Notes under the pieces: model-generated
The model's database searches: none
What the model saw: the letters and a program-made list of their open reading frames with translations, nothing else
Told to the model about the DNA's origin: nothing
Shown: piece after piece, positions 42,701-43,916 of the stretch
How the letters are laid out: every line of letters starts with the position of its first letter
Numbering within the stretch: the first letter of the stretch is position 1
Made by a program: the position numbers and the translations under genes
IMG/VR virus record: IMGVR_UViG_3300017747_001763
Location: 1 to 43,916 of that record
Length of the DNA: 43,916 nt
DNA from: a virus
Taxonomy: Duplodnaviria > Caudoviricetes
Direction: 5' to 3' (one strand)

Positions 42701-43916
42701 GCGGGCCGAGACCACCTCGGCGCTCTCGCCCTCGTAGGCCCGCGCCATCCGCTCGGCGAAGTGCCGGCCGATGGTTTCGAGGAAGTCGGGCTCGGACGCC
42801 AGGAGCTTGTCGCGGTCGTAGACGCGGCTGAAGTAGCTCGCGGCCGTCTTCACGTCCAGGTCGTCCTCCTTCAGGAGCCCGAGCTTCAGGGCGTCGTTCG
42901 TGAAGTCATCGAACAGCTTGCGGTAGCCCTGCGCGGCGCGGGACACGAACTCGTTGGCGTCCTCGTCGCCGTTCCGCATGGCGCGGCCGACAGCGCTGTA
43001 GAAGTCGTCCTCGCCCATCTTCACGCCGCTGGACCGCATCTCCTTGTAGGACGCCTGCGCCGCGCTCATAGCCTCGGCCTGGAGCCCGGTCACGCGCGTG
43101 CGGATCGCCGCCTCGACGGACACGCCGGTCGTGTCGCCAGCCGAGTGCATGGCCCGGTAGATCGTGTTCTCGTAGAGCACGTTTCCTGCCTGCCGCGCCG
43201 ACGCCGCATAGCGCTGCGTCGCCCGCAGCACGGGGTTGAACCAGGCCGTCTTGTCGGCAACGAACCCCGCCGCAGTTCCTTCCACCGCCAGTTCCTCGCG
43301 GGTGCGGGCCTTCTGGATCGGGTCCACATAGAAGGCCCCATCAGAGACATCAGCGCCAGCGCCAGCGGGCGAGCGCTCGTTGAGGATTTGCGCGGGCACG
43401 AACTCATTCGGCTTGGCTCCCGATTGAATGTCAGCGATCTTCTCCAGCGCCTTCGACGCGGCAATGCTCTCGTTCTTCCCGAGCACGGCCGCGACGCCGC
43501 CGCCGAGCAGCGAGCCGAGGACGGCCGCAGCCCCGACGTTCACCAGGCTTTCGGCCCCGGTGCGGGTCTGCTGCGTGGACTGCAAGAAGCCCTCGGTGGC
43601 GGCCTGCGTGGCGGCGGCCGACGCGCCGGCCATGAGCATCGACCGGCCCACTGACCAGGAGCCCGCAGCCCCGCGAGCGACGACAACGCCGGGGATCAGC
43701 GTCGGGGCGTCGAACACGCCGGCCGCGATCTGCGCTAGCGTGCCGGTCCAGCCGGACGCCTCCAGCGTCTCGCGGTCCCGCTTCTCCATCTCGATCTGCG
43801 AGCGGACGGCGTCGGCGCGCCGGCCGTTCAGCACGCCCATGAAGCTGTTCTCGTAGCCCTGGAGGTTGTTGTCTTTGATGTAGGCGACGGGGTCGAACTG
43901 CCCATCGTCTTCGTTG
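39794..43916 (-). CDS. Large internal virion (ejection) protein, 3' part; begins at 344 across the junction
   Basis: 1348-aa ORF extended to about 1447 aa; helical; SYFSRVYD and QFSGY motifs; T7 gp16-like position between the ejection proteins and tail fibre. Confidence 0.85.
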   Translation of the reverse strand, partial: NEDDGQFDPVAYIKDNNLQGYENSFMGVLNGRRADAVRSQIEMEKRDRETLEASGWTGTLAQIAAGVFDAPTLIPGVVVARGAAGSWSVGRSMLMAGASAAATQAATEGFLQSTQQTRTGAESLVNVGAAAVLGSLLGGGVAAVLGKNESIAASKALEKIADIQSGAKPNEFVPAQILNERSPAGAGADVSDGAFYVDPIQKARTREELAVEGTAAGFVADKTAWFNPVLRATQRYAASARQAGNVLYENTIYRAMHSAGDTTGVSVEAAIRTRVTGLQAEAMSAAQASYKEMRSSGVKMGEDDFYSAVGRAMRNGDEDANEFVSRAAQGYRKLFDDFTNDALKLGLLKEDDLDVKTAASYFSRVYDRDKLLASEPDFLETIGRHFAERMARAYEGESAEVVSARAKYRLRTEDMNLSGPERSSRIDQIGAEGKALDAKNSHLEDLIDDLSEARGRVRDAVDEQAKTTARAEVKRLMDKGGDDLKNYLTERANLRARMRNLTERNPDAQASRYEKISQRIDDAQETAKRAVVSSAKRLRNIMNKLAADPVGQAESALGDALKEADKIQKALAASDRRLAALEKAGEGGDQPEGLAQFWQARRAEQEAARATAQSLVDELERLSVQGINVDELRQALAPKAGKAGDPVAGAAKRKGRRESKLLEQGTKVDQTQFGVIDAEELVGTLTKLLDDLAGQAGERSIRRGEAVGKMKERAAKLTPDEVKARAEAQSSQFARVLEAIENRFDGKWGPRRALGLEKNEAFDFEAAGRSTAKEIYDKITGKVQQRDDIPSFITKITSGPLKDRTFMVPDELLQGKGWLKDDVREVANRYARSMAGEIELTRRFGKADMSDQLAEIAQEYSDLRVAVDKAATIADLNSVLGRDKYGKRADLAKSKLDAQQVLAQDESSAITDTKAGRDLIRGTYGQGVNNSNFASVTRSLMHFNYIRQMGGVLLANITDFYRPAMVHGIGPYLRTMPQALAQAFDAGSGGFKASIKEAKLAGLISERVTHSLMAANGDIADPFLNKTTQVERFLQKATGLASRWNFMNVFTDAQQAIASSVSQHRVLEAIIGNGGKDGSFVKGDGTRLLRMLGVDERTQGDIARLFAKYGETVDDIRVANTERWLTEGGTPAEIARNENAVRTYRAAINTDVNSIVSRRGIGDAPLFANHPVGKMITQFSGYAMGAHSRVMIRGLQESHARLIGGLTALTMLGGMTSYLAAWRGGAERWKKYTEETAKNPMLLVGEGLDRSGFFPILFDLANRTERVSGAAGYDYRFNPVKSPIAMLGGKGGVGITSTRASDSAAAFGAVLGPSAGMIDSAIAVGRVVGDKASGKTPPKRDVNQAIAILPGQSYYGMRETLQVLTGNSNYTRR
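43794..43916. repeat. Terminal direct repeat (assembly overlap), copy 2
   Basis: Identical to 1-123. Confidence 0.97.

Overview
The window is a complete, circularly permuted genome (43,793 bp plus a 123-bp assembly overlap, 1-123 = 43794-43916) of a GC-rich podovirus-type phage. The host is probably alphaproteobacterial (inferred from GANTC/GTAC avoidance and an RcGTA-type head-spike gene). Two arms diverge from a non-coding control/terminus region at about 17.4-18.1 kb. The minus arm encodes packaging and virion genes: terminase, portal, head spike plus SGNH esterase, BPP-1/epsilon15-like scaffold, capsid, cement, tail adaptor and nozzle, ejection proteins, tail fibre, and a GH19 endolysin with Rz/Rz1. 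The plus arm encodes early genes and an APSE-like replication module: RusA-like resolvase, SNF2 helicase, TOPRIM protein, DUF2800 nuclease, DUF2815 SSB, family A DNA polymerase, DNA methyltransferase and Prim-Pol/AAA_25 primase-helicase. I found no integrase, RNA polymerase, tRNA, CRISPR or DGR. The most notable unexplained signals are: (1) four covarying two-state hairpin elements between early genes; (2) a shared acidic-Trp ([D/E]W[D/G/N]) tail on many unrelated proteins; (3) a likely overprinted gene inside the DNA polymerase, with weaker candidates in terminase and an ejection protein; (4) a GCATA-N6-TATGC operator at four promoters; (5) a split head-spike/esterase module that keeps restriction sites avoided elsewhere. 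Family assignments come from recalled motifs, not database searches.
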